64,000 nucleotides of DNA, from assembly GCA_964502735.1 (NCBI GenBank), contig CAZCYD010000001.1:4584-68583 (forward strand). The letters run 5' to 3'. Every line of letters starts with the position of its first letter. Within the stretch, counting starts at the first letter, position 1. Source of the stretch: an uncultured Pseudobdellovibrionaceae bacterium. Lineage in GTDB: Bacteria > Bdellovibrionota > Bdellovibrionia > Bdellovibrionales > UBA1609. Positions 46,542 to 56,129 of the stretch are shown piece after piece. The position numbers and the translations under genes are program-made. Under the pieces are notes generated by a model that was not told the origin of the DNA, ran no database searches, and was given only the letters and a program-made list of their open reading frames with translations.

Positions 46542-46735
46542 AAAGAGGCCCGCACCTGACGACTTCCCTTCTTCGCTTCATTATGGCATACCTTATTAAG
46601 GCGGCCATAATAACTAAACCCTGTTATTTTGCACTTGTGTAGACTTACACAAAAACTGGACACAATTATTAGAAACTATCAGAAAAAAACAAAATAGGCT
46701 GATAAAAAAAAGAAAAAAGAGAAAAAGTAGGTAAC

Positions 46736-49510
46736 GTGAGTAAAGAAGACAAAACTGAAGACCCAAATAAGTACAAGGACACCATCCATCTGCCCCGCAC
46801 CGACTTCCCGATGCGAGGGAATCTTCCGCAAAACGAACCAAAGATGATCGAATTTTGGGAAAAATCAAATATCTATGACAAAGTTCTAGATAAGAACTCT
46901 TCAGCAGAAATTTTCTGTATGCCTGATGGCCCTCCGTACGCCAACGGCAATATTCACCTCGGTCATGTTTTAAATAAAGTTTTAAAAGACATCGTTATTA
47001 AATACAAAAACTTATCGGGTAAACACTCCGCCTTTATTCCTGGCTGGGACTGTCACGGCTTGCCCATAGAATTAAATGTCACCAAAAAGTTGGGCTCAAA
47101 AAGACATGAGTACTCGGACGAAGATTTACGCGGCCTCTGTCGTGAAGAAGCTCTAAAGTGGGTGGCTATTCAAAAAGAGCAATTTAAACGATTAGGAGTT
47201 TTGGCTGACTGGAGCCATCCTTATTTAACTCTATCCCCCGATTACGAAGCCGAAGAGGTTCGGGTTCTGGCTGACATCCTTGACAACGGAATACTTGTGA
47301 GAGGAGAAAAGCCTGTTTACTGGTGTACCGCCCTGCAAACAGCATTAGCTGCAGCGGAAGTTGAGTACCATGACCACAAAAGCCCCTCTATATATGTTAA
47401 GTTTTACTTAAAGGATAAAATCGCGCAAATTGAAACTCACAATAAACCCATTTCTTTGGTTATTTGGACGACAACCCCTTGGACTCTTCCCGCCAACTAC
47501 GCAATCTGCTTACATCCTGACTATGATTATGGACTGTATGAAACTGAAAATGAAATCTTGATTATTGCAGTCGAACTCAAAGAAAACATAGAAAAGACTA
47601 TAAATAAAACACTTAAGCAGATTTCCACACGTAAAGGTGCAGAGCTTGTCGGATTAAGAGCACAGCATCCTTTTTTAGAAAGGGATTCCGTTATAGTTCT
47701 TGGTAACCATGTCAATTTAGAGTCTGGTACAGGTTGTGTTCATACAGCTCCAGGTCATGGACTAGACGACTATGCCGTAGGCTTAAAGTACAAACTTCCT
47801 ACATCGAGTCCTGTAGGCCCAGATGGAAAGTATAACAATGATTTTCCAGAAATGCAGGGAATTAAAATCTGGGATGCAAATTCAAAAATTGTTCAAATGC
47901 TTGTTGATAGTGGGCATATGTTAGCTCACTCTGAAATTGTTCACAGCTACCCCCATAATCCACGATCGAAAACTCCTTTAATTTTTCGCACAACACCGCA
48001 GTGGTTCATCCGTATGGATGAACCACACTATCCACTCAGACAGAAGGCGCTTGCCGCTGCCGAAAGGGATATTCAATTTGTCCCAGAGTGGGGATCTCAG
48101 AGGTTAAACAGTATGCTGTCCCACAGTCCCGATTGGTGTGTAAGTCGACAAAGACTATGGGGAGTTCCCATTCCTGTATTCTATTGTGAGGACTGTGATG
48201 AAGCTCTCGTGAACACAAAACTATTTAGAGAAATTGCAGATGAGATGGAAGCTACTGGCAAAGGAATCGAAGCCTACTACCAGAAGTCTGCAAAGGAATG
48301 GACTCAAAACCATACTTGTACTCAGTGCAATGGTACTTCTTTTAAAAAGAGCCAAGATATTCTGGATGTCTGGTTTGACAGTGGTGTATGTCACACAGCT
48401 GTACAAAAAAAGCGTAAAGGATTAAGCTTTCCCGCTGACATCTATCTTGAAGGGAGTGATCAACACCGCGGCTGGTTTCAAACGAGCTTAATGTCTTCGA
48501 TTGCGGCCAACGGACAGCCTCCCTTTAAAACTCTTATTACTCACGGCTTTGTTAACGATGCCAAAGGCCATAAAATGAGTAAAAGCAAAGGAAATGTCAT
48601 TGATCCTGCTGAAATAACCAAAAACCACGGAGCCGAAATTTTGAGGCTTTGGGTGGCTTATGAAGATTATGGCCAGGATGTTAATATCAGCAATGAAATG
48701 TTTTTAAGAGTCACCGAAACCTACCGAAGAATACGCAATACAATGAGATTTCTTTTGAGTAATCTGGGTGATTTTGACCCTCAAACAAATGCAGTCGCCT
48801 ACAGGGATATGCCTCCGCTGGATCGTTGGGCACTCGGAAAGTTTAACGATGTTATTTCTAATGTGACCACGGCTTATGAAAACTACAACTTCTACAAAGT
48901 GTACCACACTCTAAATCAGTTTTTTACAATTGACCTTTCTGCAACTTATTTAGATATTCTAAAAGATCGCCTCTACACTTGGAAGAAAGATGGAGTTGAG
49001 CGGCGCTCTTCTCAAACCGTGATTTATCACCTTGTAAATGATTTAGTTGTTATGATTGCCCCCATTTTGAGTTTTTTGGCCGAAGAAGTTTATAACTTTT
49101 TACCATCAAAAGAAAAGGAAAGCGTTTTCTTGTGTAATTTTCCAAAACCAAGGGCGGAGTGGCAAGACACCGCTCTCAAAGAAAGTTTTGCTGAGGCCTT
49201 TCTAATTCGAGATCAAGTCTTACAAAGTTTAGAAAATCTAAGGAGAACAAAAATTATTGGTTCAAATTTAGATGCCCGAGTCCAGCTAACTCTTCCCACT
49301 GAAAAAATTGATATCATCAATGCGTTGGGTTCGGCGCGTGAGTTCTTTATAGTTTCTCAGGTTGAATTGGTCCCTGGGAGTGAACTTTCCGTCCATGTTG
49401 AAAAGGCTAGGGGAGAAAAGTGTATACGCTGCTGGCATTACAGTGAAGATATTGGAAATCACTCCGAGCATCCCGAAATTTGTCCAAAATGTATCGAGGC
49501 CTTATCATGA
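46736..49510 (+). CDS. ileS: Isoleucine--tRNA ligase
   Basis: 924 aa. HIGH-type (PYANGNIHLGH) and KMSKS motifs are present, plus a C-terminal Zn-finger-like CxxC...CxxC. The N-terminus YKDTIHLPRTDFPMRGNL is typical. The start is GTG. Confidence 0.97.
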   Translation: MSKEDKTEDPNKYKDTIHLPRTDFPMRGNLPQNEPKMIEFWEKSNIYDKVLDKNSSAEIFCMPDGPPYANGNIHLGHVLNKVLKDIVIKYKNLSGKHSAFIPGWDCHGLPIELNVTKKLGSKRHEYSDEDLRGLCREEALKWVAIQKEQFKRLGVLADWSHPYLTLSPDYEAEEVRVLADILDNGILVRGEKPVYWCTALQTALAAAEVEYHDHKSPSIYVKFYLKDKIAQIETHNKPISLVIWTTTPWTLPANYAICLHPDYDYGLYETENEILIIAVELKENIEKTINKTLKQISTRKGAELVGLRAQHPFLERDSVIVLGNHVNLESGTGCVHTAPGHGLDDYAVGLKYKLPTSSPVGPDGKYNNDFPEMQGIKIWDANSKIVQMLVDSGHMLAHSEIVHSYPHNPRSKTPLIFRTTPQWFIRMDEPHYPLRQKALAAAERDIQFVPEWGSQRLNSMLSHSPDWCVSRQRLWGVPIPVFYCEDCDEALVNTKLFREIADEMEATGKGIEAYYQKSAKEWTQNHTCTQCNGTSFKKSQDILDVWFDSGVCHTAVQKKRKGLSFPADIYLEGSDQHRGWFQTSLMSSIAANGQPPFKTLITHGFVNDAKGHKMSKSKGNVIDPAEITKNHGAEILRLWVAYEDYGQDVNISNEMFLRVTETYRRIRNTMRFLLSNLGDFDPQTNAVAYRDMPPLDRWALGKFNDVISNVTTAYENYNFYKVYHTLNQFFTIDLSATYLDILKDRLYTWKKDGVERRSSQTVIYHLVNDLVVMIAPILSFLAEEVYNFLPSKEKESVFLCNFPKPRAEWQDTALKESFAEAFLIRDQVLQSLENLRRTKIIGSNLDARVQLTLPTEKIDIINALGSAREFFIVSQVELVPGSELSVHVEKARGEKCIRCWHYSEDIGNHSEHPEICPKCIEALS

Positions 49511-50034
49511 TAAAAATGAAGTATCTCTATTTAGTTGCTATTAGTGGTTTTATAATTGCTTTAGATCAACTCACCAAAATGTATGTACACACGCACTTCC
49601 TGCTTGGAGAATCACACACTGTTTTACCAGGTTTTTTTGATCTGACTTATGTTAGAAATGAAGGTGCCGCATTCGGAATATTTCGCGAAGCTCACGATAC
49701 GTTTCGAAATATCTTCTTTTTAACTATGCCTCCATTAGCTATCGCATTTATTCTTTACATTATGAGGGAGGTGCCTGATTCAGATAAACTGCAAAACGTG
49801 GCACTATCTCTCGTTTGTGGTGGAGCTATAGGCAATTACATTGATCGACTTAGATTTCGCTATGTTATTGATTTTTTAGACTTCCATCTTCAACGTAAAT
49901 GGACTTACCCGGCCTTTAATGTTGCCGATATATCCATCGTTACCGGGATTGGAATATTGATGTTAATTATGTATCTCCAATGGTACGAGGAAAAGAAGAA
50001 AAAAAGGGAAGTCGAATCGACAACATCAAATTGA
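49507..50034 (+). CDS. lspA: Lipoprotein signal peptidase (signal peptidase II)
   Basis: The conserved ileS-lspA arrangement is present, with ATGA start/stop overlap. Motifs are NEGAAFG, GGAIGNYIDR and FNVADISI. Confidence 0.93.
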   Translation: MIKMKYLYLVAISGFIIALDQLTKMYVHTHFLLGESHTVLPGFFDLTYVRNEGAAFGIFREAHDTFRNIFFLTMPPLAIAFILYIMREVPDSDKLQNVALSLVCGGAIGNYIDRLRFRYVIDFLDFHLQRKWTYPAFNVADISIVTGIGILMLIMYLQWYEEKKKKREVESTTSN

Positions 50035-50150
50035 CAGCATGACAAAATTGGGAGTTACTCAGAAAGCTGTAAGCTCAGATTTTTTTATTAGGATGCATTG
50101 CTAAGTTATTAATATCCATCCTCTTACTTTTCCTCTAAAGGAGCTGTAAA

Positions 50151-50966
50151 TTGGACATTCTCATACTTGTTCCTTTGGGAATTATTATCGGGTTAATTAG
50201 TAGTTTTTTTGGTATCGGGGGAGGTGCCATTATTGCCCCAGTGTTGTATTATACCTACCCTTATCTAGAGGCCACCACAGTAATTGGAACCGCCCAGGGG
50301 GTCATTCTGCTAAACTCAATTGTAAATACTTATTATTATAAAAAAGGGAAAATTCATTTTCATAAAAAAATATTCCTACCTATAATCCTGACAGTAACTT
50401 TTGGGGTTCTAACGGGAACTCAGATCGCTGTTAATGTTGGAAGTGCTTGGTTAAAAACTTTTTTTGCCATCATTCTATTTTTATTTGCCGTTCAAACCGT
50501 ATTTTGGATTCCTAAAGTTTCTAGGATTTCCGATTATTCTAACCCTAACACCCCCAACACCTTTGTAGGTTTAATTGTGGGATTTTTCGTAGGAATTATT
50601 GCCAGTACAACTGGGCTTGGAGGAGGGATCATACTTAACCCTTTATTTGCGGCCCTTTATAAAATGCCATTAAGACTTATCTCTGCTTATAATAATCTTA
50701 TTCTTATTGTGACCTCACTGTCGGCTACTCTTAGTTACATGCTAACCCCAAAGGCGAACTTGGCTAACTTTAATCTTGCGAGATTTCAGGTAGGTAGCAC
50801 AAACTGGCTCATTATTTTTGCTATCTTTTCCGGATCGTTATTGTCTGTTCGTCTTGGCATCTCGCTAAATAATACGGTGGATGACAAATTAAGAAGAGTG
50901 TTGTTTGCAATCCTATTATTATTTTTGAGCGCCAACATGGTCCTAGCGGAAGGTGCCAGGCCCTAA
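50151..50966 (+). CDS. TauE/SafE (TSUP) family membrane transporter
   Basis: Polytopic membrane protein with the duplicated GxGGG motif (FGIGGGAII, TGLGGGIIL). The start is TTG. Confidence 0.8.
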   Translation: MDILILVPLGIIIGLISSFFGIGGGAIIAPVLYYTYPYLEATTVIGTAQGVILLNSIVNTYYYKKGKIHFHKKIFLPIILTVTFGVLTGTQIAVNVGSAWLKTFFAIILFLFAVQTVFWIPKVSRISDYSNPNTPNTFVGLIVGFFVGIIASTTGLGGGIILNPLFAALYKMPLRLISAYNNLILIVTSLSATLSYMLTPKANLANFNLARFQVGSTNWLIIFAIFSGSLLSVRLGISLNNTVDDKLRRVLFAILLLFLSANMVLAEGARP

Positions 50967-51010
50967 CTTGCACCGCTTTGCGGTGCAAGTTAGGGCCTGG
51001 CACCTTCCGC
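50946..51010. terminator. 65-nt perfect palindrome (31-bp arms, 3-nt centre) spanning both convergent stop codons; probable bidirectional terminator
   Basis: gcggaaggtgccaggccctaacttgcaccgc (50946-50976) is the exact reverse complement of 50980-51010, checked base by base. No U-tract follows on either side. Confidence 0.7.
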
Positions 51011-51790
51011 ACTCTTCTGAGACCTGGTGGGTTTGAGTAAGAAAAATAGACACAAAACAATCAGGGCCCCACTCATCCAAGTTGAAAAACTCAAACCTAA
51101 AATTAACTCTCCTCTATAGTCTTCTCGGAACTGTTCTATCAAAACTCGCCCCACACCATGGTAAATTCCGTACACGAGTAAAAGATTTCCAGGTTTTTTA
51201 GTAAGCTGGTATTGAGCCACTGGTCGACTCTCAACTCTCATCACATAAAACAAAAATACAGCGTTCCACAACATCGAGTATATGGGCGTGGGATGTAGAG
51301 GAATCCCCGCCGGAGCCTCCGGGCCCGGCGGGTATATTATAGCCCAAGGGACATCCGTCGGTTTGCCATAACCACTGCCAGATAATAATGTTGCAAATCT
51401 TCCAATAACATAACCAGAAATAATCACAGGAGTGAACATCTCCATCCATGCTCGAATGTTTTGCTTTTTTATTCTTAAATAATAAATTGCGCCAACTAGT
51501 GCAAATAACACTCCCCCATAAAAGACGAAACCTCCTTGCCAAAATTTTAGTATTTGAAATGGTGCTCTCATATAATAGCCGGGATGCTCTACTATCACAT
51601 GACAAAGTCGAGCTCCAATAAATCCCATAACCATAATTAATAAACAAATCTCTACAACATAGCTTTGTGAGAGGCGAAATCTTGGTGCCCTTTCAAATAA
51701 CCAGTAGCTAGCAAAACTGTAAGCAAATGAGATCACCAAAAAATATGTTGGAACAACCAAATCTGGACCAATATACAAATAGGGAAACAA
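50990..51790 (-). CDS. lgt: Prolipoprotein diacylglyceryl transferase
   Basis: 266-aa polytopic protein with typical Lgt segments (FWQGGFVFYGGVLFA, GRFATLLSGSGYGKPTDVPWAIIYP). Confidence 0.92.
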   Translation of the reverse strand: MFPYLYIGPDLVVPTYFLVISFAYSFASYWLFERAPRFRLSQSYVVEICLLIMVMGFIGARLCHVIVEHPGYYMRAPFQILKFWQGGFVFYGGVLFALVGAIYYLRIKKQNIRAWMEMFTPVIISGYVIGRFATLLSGSGYGKPTDVPWAIIYPPGPEAPAGIPLHPTPIYSMLWNAVFLFYVMRVESRPVAQYQLTKKPGNLLLVYGIYHGVGRVLIEQFREDYRGELILGLSFSTWMSGALIVLCLFFLLKPTRSQKSAEGARP

Positions 51791-52168
51791 GGGTCACCTT
51801 TCGAATGTGAAGTCTAAAACCATAGTTAATTTACATTTTAGTATGAATAGATATCTGGTGCATTAATTTAGTTGCATTCACAGCCGTTAGCCCCAGGCTG
51901 ACGACAAAAACACGAAAAATGATCTACATGACTGACATTTATGACTAATCTTTATTCTCACCCGTGACAAAATGGGGCACTATGGGCTTCACAGCCTCAT
52001 AAAGCCTATCCATCAATTTTTTTGAGGACAGAGCGGGCCTATATTTGAGCTAACATTTAAAACCTTGAAAGGCCTGGAACAGGAAATGAATATATGTGTT
52101 TAGCCTCTTCTTCCTCTGGCAGACTTTTCCACATAAAAGGGGGTTATATTTGTATTAAGGAGACATTT

Positions 52169-52750
52169 GTGAATCCGTTTTTTTTAAAACCCATCGCCTT
52201 CATATTTCTAGCTTTTACTCTTATTTTAAGCGGTTGTGGAAAGGATAAAAAGTCTGGTGGAGCCACCCCCCTCCCCCCTCCTATCGTTGAACCCAACGAC
52301 GATTACAATAAACTGCACAATTGGGCCGGCCCCCTACAAATAATAGATCGCTCCACCTATGAGCGCTTTTTAAAAGATCACGGAATCTGTAACTATCCCG
52401 GCGTTATCTGGAGCTTTGGTTATTGGAATTGTAAAAACTATGACGGAGTATGGATAAGTATTCACCTGAAAAGCAAAAAAGTTCCGACACAAGGCTTTGC
52501 CCAGCTTATGAGCTCATATAACAAACAATGGGTCATTTTTCCTCCCAGCATAATTGACGGGACATTTGCTCCTATTGACCAAGACACTGGAATTGAGATT
52601 TACAGACGGGGATACGACGGAACCCCAAGCCATAACACCTACTTTCGTTACAGAGCTTACGGAAACACGCGGTCCAATACACCCTTGACAATGGAAGTTT
52701 ACTACCGAAATGTCAAATTTGGCCAAGCTACGATTTCGCCCCATCAATAA
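52169..52750 (+). CDS. Hypothetical lipoprotein
   Basis: GTG at 52169 has AAGGAG 7 nt upstream. The lipobox is LILSGC. I recognise no family. Confidence 0.55.
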   Translation: MNPFFLKPIAFIFLAFTLILSGCGKDKKSGGATPLPPPIVEPNDDYNKLHNWAGPLQIIDRSTYERFLKDHGICNYPGVIWSFGYWNCKNYDGVWISIHLKSKKVPTQGFAQLMSSYNKQWVIFPPSIIDGTFAPIDQDTGIEIYRRGYDGTPSHNTYFRYRAYGNTRSNTPLTMEVYYRNVKFGQATISPHQ

Positions 52751-52943
52751 GGCTTCTAGAGATAACAACGACAAAAGGCCTTCCATAAGCCTAGAATCCG
52801 GTAGTGTGGCGTTATATTTTTCAAAAAAAGTGAAATTAGATTTGACCAGAGATGTAAAAAAAGTTTCAATTCCTAATGAGACTAGGTGAATTGCATTTTT
52901 GTCTCAATACAAACAACAAAGACTATCAACAGGAGTCAAACAC

Positions 52944-53219
52944 ATGAATAAAGCAGAATTAATTGAACACATAGCTAAAGAAACTAACATGACTAAAGCT
53001 CAAACTGAAAGAATGCTGGACGCTACAATTGATACTATCCGCAAATCAGTTAAGAAAGGTGATGAAGTGAAACTTGTTGGTTTTGGTACTTTCACAAAGG
53101 CTAAAAGAAAAGCTCGCACTGGCCGCAACCCTCAAACTGGCAAAGCCATCAAAATTCCTGCTGCATGGTACCCTAAGTTCCGTCCAGGATCTGAATTCAA
53201 AACTATGCTTCGCAAGTAA
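52944..53219 (+). CDS. hup: HU-family DNA-binding protein
   Basis: MNKAELIEHIAKETNMTKAQ...VKLVGFGTFTKAKRKARTGRNPQTGKAIKIPA is a canonical HU/IHF fold sequence. The start is the internal ATG with an AGGAG RBS. Confidence 0.93.
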   Translation: MNKAELIEHIAKETNMTKAQTERMLDATIDTIRKSVKKGDEVKLVGFGTFTKAKRKARTGRNPQTGKAIKIPAAWYPKFRPGSEFKTMLRK

Positions 53220-53240
53220 TTAACTAGCAAAATAGTTTTT

Positions 53241-53276
53241 AAAAAAGGGCCAATTGAGTAGATTGGCCTTTTTTAT
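53241..53276 (+). terminator. Rho-independent terminator after hup
   Basis: An A-run, then ggccaat-tgagtag-attggcc, then TTTTTT. Confidence 0.85.
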
Positions 53277-53306
53277 TATTTAAATTTCGTATAGAAATAA
53301 TACAGC

Positions 53307-54320
53307 ATGGAACTCAATAACTTTAACTGCTCTAGCTTCAACTCTAAATCCCTTCATAAAATAGGTGTATTTACTAGTGGAGGGGACGCTCCCGGAATGA
53401 ATGCGGCTATTCGAGCTGCGGTGAGAACAGCGCTATTTAACAAAATGGAAGTCTTTGGAATTTACCACGGCTACCAGGGCATGATTGACAACAATATGAA
53501 ACCCCTCCAACTGAGCTCGATGTCGAACATAATCCAAAGAGGGGGCACCATATTAAAGTCTGGGCGCTGTTTAGATTTTCACAAACCTGAAGTCAGAGCT
53601 CAGGCCATACAAAATCTAAAAAAACAAGGAATTGAAGCTCTTGTCTGCATTGGAGGAGACGGATCTTTTCGTGGAGCCAAATCTCTATGGGATGAACACA
53701 ACTTTCCTATAGTTGGAGTCCCAGGCACCATTGACAATGATATAAATGGCTCAGACTACACCATCGGCTTTGACACTGCTGTCAATACAGCACGTGAGGC
53801 CATAGATAAAATTCGAGATACTGCAGCCAGCCATGACCGCTTATTTATTGTCGAAGTCATGGGAAGAAACAATGGCTATATTGCTGTTGAAGTGGGCCTT
53901 GCTTGCGGAGCTGAAGAGGCTATTTTTCCCGAAAATCCTTTAAATATCGAAAAAATTATTAATAAGATTCGCTCGGGAATTCAACGCGGTAAAATGAGCA
54001 GTATTTTAGTTACCGCTGAGATGGAAACTCCGGGTTATGCTTACAAAATTGCTGATGAACTCAAAAGTAAAGCGGGGTTTGAAGCTAAAGTTTGCATACT
54101 TGGCCATATACAACGGGGCGGATCTCCAACTGCACGAGACCGTATAGCTGCCAGCCAAATGGCCTCAAAAGCCATTGATACGCTTATCAATGGCCAGTGT
54201 AATTGCATGGTGGGAATAAAATCTGGGGAACTCCACCTAACAAGCTTTGATGAGGCCACAAAAAAGAAAACCTTCACTCACAAGAACCTTCTTAAGCTTG
54301 TAGATGCACTTTCATATTAA
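53307..54320 (+). CDS. pfkA: ATP-dependent 6-phosphofructokinase
   Basis: Motifs GVFTSGGDAPGMNAAIRA, IGGDGSF, PGTIDNDI, MGR and GHIQRGG are present. Confidence 0.95.
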   Translation: MELNNFNCSSFNSKSLHKIGVFTSGGDAPGMNAAIRAAVRTALFNKMEVFGIYHGYQGMIDNNMKPLQLSSMSNIIQRGGTILKSGRCLDFHKPEVRAQAIQNLKKQGIEALVCIGGDGSFRGAKSLWDEHNFPIVGVPGTIDNDINGSDYTIGFDTAVNTAREAIDKIRDTAASHDRLFIVEVMGRNNGYIAVEVGLACGAEEAIFPENPLNIEKIINKIRSGIQRGKMSSILVTAEMETPGYAYKIADELKSKAGFEAKVCILGHIQRGGSPTARDRIAASQMASKAIDTLINGQCNCMVGIKSGELHLTSFDEATKKKTFTHKNLLKLVDALSY

Positions 54321-54335
54321 TCGTAATTGATTCTA

Positions 54336-55622
54336 TTATCTCTTTAAGTTAATAACCTCAGCCAATAGCTCATCTGTAGTGGTAATAGTTTTCGCATTAG
54401 CTTGAAAACCTCTTTGATTTTGAATGAGATTCACGAACTCTAAAGCCAAATCTACTGTGGATCTCTCAAGAGATTTAGCGAAAAGCTTTCCTCTACCACC
54501 CTTTCCTGGACGTCCCACTGAGGGGGCTCCCGAATCTCTTGCTTCTTTAAATCGGTTATTTCCAACCTTAAATAGAGCTTCAGGATTTTCAAATTTAGTT
54601 AAGGAAATTTGAGCTAAATCTTCAGTTTGACCGTTGCTATAAAGTGCTGTGAGAACGCCCTCGTCATTAAATGACAAATTTGTAATGGTTCCCGCTGCTG
54701 AACCGTCTTGCACCCAACTTATCAAATCTGATTCTTTACCATACTGCTTTGTACCGTCTAGACCATCGCCCTTGTCAGTGGAAATTGAGTTCCCAAAATC
54801 AAATTTTATTTTTTGATTTTGAAGAGCCCCTCCCTTAAAATTGAAGGCCGCTTTTGTTGTTTCTTCTGTATTCAACTTTCCATCTGTAGTAAAAGTCAGC
54901 TTACCCATAAGCACTTCTGCCAGTTCGCCCTCTTTGCCTCCTGTGACCTCCTTGCCATCTGCAAGCCCCCGATATTGCCAAGTTCCATCAGCCACCTTAT
55001 TAAAGAACATTGAAATTAAGTGTTTATTTCCCTGCGAATCGTAGATTTCGATACCTGTCGAGAAATCAGATGTTGAATAAGGGTCCTTTATATCGAAGTT
55101 TTTAACCTGCTGAATACGTGAGTCCAAATTTAAATCTAATCGTACCTCACTTGTTGCTTTAGCTGGTATTAAGGCCCGTGGAAACTTGATGTCTCCCATT
55201 TTATTTATTATATTTCCCTTGTCGTCTCCCTGAAATCCTTGAACTCTTTGATTATCATTGGTGACAAGGTACCCCTCTCTATCAAAGTGAAAAGATCCAT
55301 CACGAGTGTAAGACTCACCATCTGACCCTCTCAATACAAAGTAACCATCTCCAGATATAGCTAAATCTGTAGACTTCTCTGTGGCATCTACGTTCCCTTG
55401 AATTAAGATTGGATTTACAGCACCAATTTTTACTCCACGACCTATTTGGTTTCCACCCAAAATTCCTTTTAAGCTTTTAGAGATAATGTCCTGGAACTCT
55501 GCTCGACTGGCTTTAAATCCTGTTGTGTTCGCATTGGCTATATTGTCTCCAATAACGCCCAGCGCTTCCCCTTGTGCAGCTAAACCGGACACACCGGTAT
55601 AGAGAGATGATAGTACTCCCAT
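54336..55622 (-). CDS. flgE: Flagellar hook protein FlgE
   Basis: The N-terminus is SLYTGVSGLAAQGEALGVIGDNIANANTTGFK. The C-terminus is LEFVNLIQNQRGFQANAKTITT. The position is after flgD. ATG at 55622 has GGAGG 7 nt upstream. Confidence 0.9.
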   Translation of the reverse strand: MGVLSSLYTGVSGLAAQGEALGVIGDNIANANTTGFKASRAEFQDIISKSLKGILGGNQIGRGVKIGAVNPILIQGNVDATEKSTDLAISGDGYFVLRGSDGESYTRDGSFHFDREGYLVTNDNQRVQGFQGDDKGNIINKMGDIKFPRALIPAKATSEVRLDLNLDSRIQQVKNFDIKDPYSTSDFSTGIEIYDSQGNKHLISMFFNKVADGTWQYRGLADGKEVTGGKEGELAEVLMGKLTFTTDGKLNTEETTKAAFNFKGGALQNQKIKFDFGNSISTDKGDGLDGTKQYGKESDLISWVQDGSAAGTITNLSFNDEGVLTALYSNGQTEDLAQISLTKFENPEALFKVGNNRFKEARDSGAPSVGRPGKGGRGKLFAKSLERSTVDLALEFVNLIQNQRGFQANAKTITTTDELLAEVINLKR

Positions 55623-55712
55623 AATGAAACCTCCATGTTTCACCAACTCAGATCAGTCAGTCACCGAGTTGTCATGAAGGGCCCCCTCAAATGAGGTCCA
55701 GCCCTTGTTTTG

Positions 55713-56129
55713 TTAAATTATTGCAGCAGCATCAATGTTGGTAAAAATATTTTCTTTCAACATATTTTTATCCATCACCGTTACAACTGTTTTGTTCTCA
55801 ATATTCAAAATCATGGCAGCATTTTCTGACATGATAAGAGTTTCTTTTACCCCTTTTTCTTTAGCCCTTTCTACAATGTTTTCAATTTTCTGTAATGTTT
55901 CGGAGTCAAAATGAATCCCTCGAGATCTCATTCGTTCGATAGCATGATTAGAAAATTTAATTGAGAGAGGAGCTTTAGGATCTGCAAACTTTTCACTGCT
56001 CCTCCCTAGAATCTCCTCCAATTGATTTGAAAACTCTCCCTTGATTCCCTGATCAAGCGAGCTTTTTCTAACGCCCGAATCTGGTATAGCTGGGCTAATT
56101 TTTAAATTATTTAAACCTTCTAATGCCAT
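55713..56129 (-). CDS. Small flagellar operon protein (TIGR02530-like, found between flgD and flgE)
   Basis: 138 aa. KFSNHAIERMRSRGIHFDSETLQKIENIVERAKEKG resembles the flagellar-operon-protein family found at this position in Firmicutes and Thermotogae. The assignment is from memory. Confidence 0.55.
   Translation of the reverse strand: MALEGLNNLKISPAIPDSGVRKSSLDQGIKGEFSNQLEEILGRSSEKFADPKAPLSIKFSNHAIERMRSRGIHFDSETLQKIENIVERAKEKGVKETLIMSENAAMILNIENKTVVTVMDKNMLKENIFTNIDAAAII

Noticed and set aside
46494-46545. Minus-strand mini-ORF reading (MEKA)3-MDS... through the 12-bp repeat
   Set aside because: There is no RBS. The periodic ATG is a by-product of the repeat unit. The ORF continues into unrelated sequence for only about 25 codons.
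46620-46735. Possible T-box or other known leader upstream of ileS
   Set aside because: I found no T-box core (GGTGGTACCGCG-like) or specifier/antiterminator layout by eye. Only Infernal could settle this.
51231-51647. 138-aa ORF in an alternative frame on the same strand within lgt
   Set aside because: It is fully embedded in a well-supported conserved gene. It has no RBS and its composition is implausible.
55677-55706. Imperfect hairpin between the small flagellar ORF and flgE
   Set aside because: It has only 6+4 bp with internal bulges, a 2-nt loop and no U-tract. That is too weak to call an attenuator.
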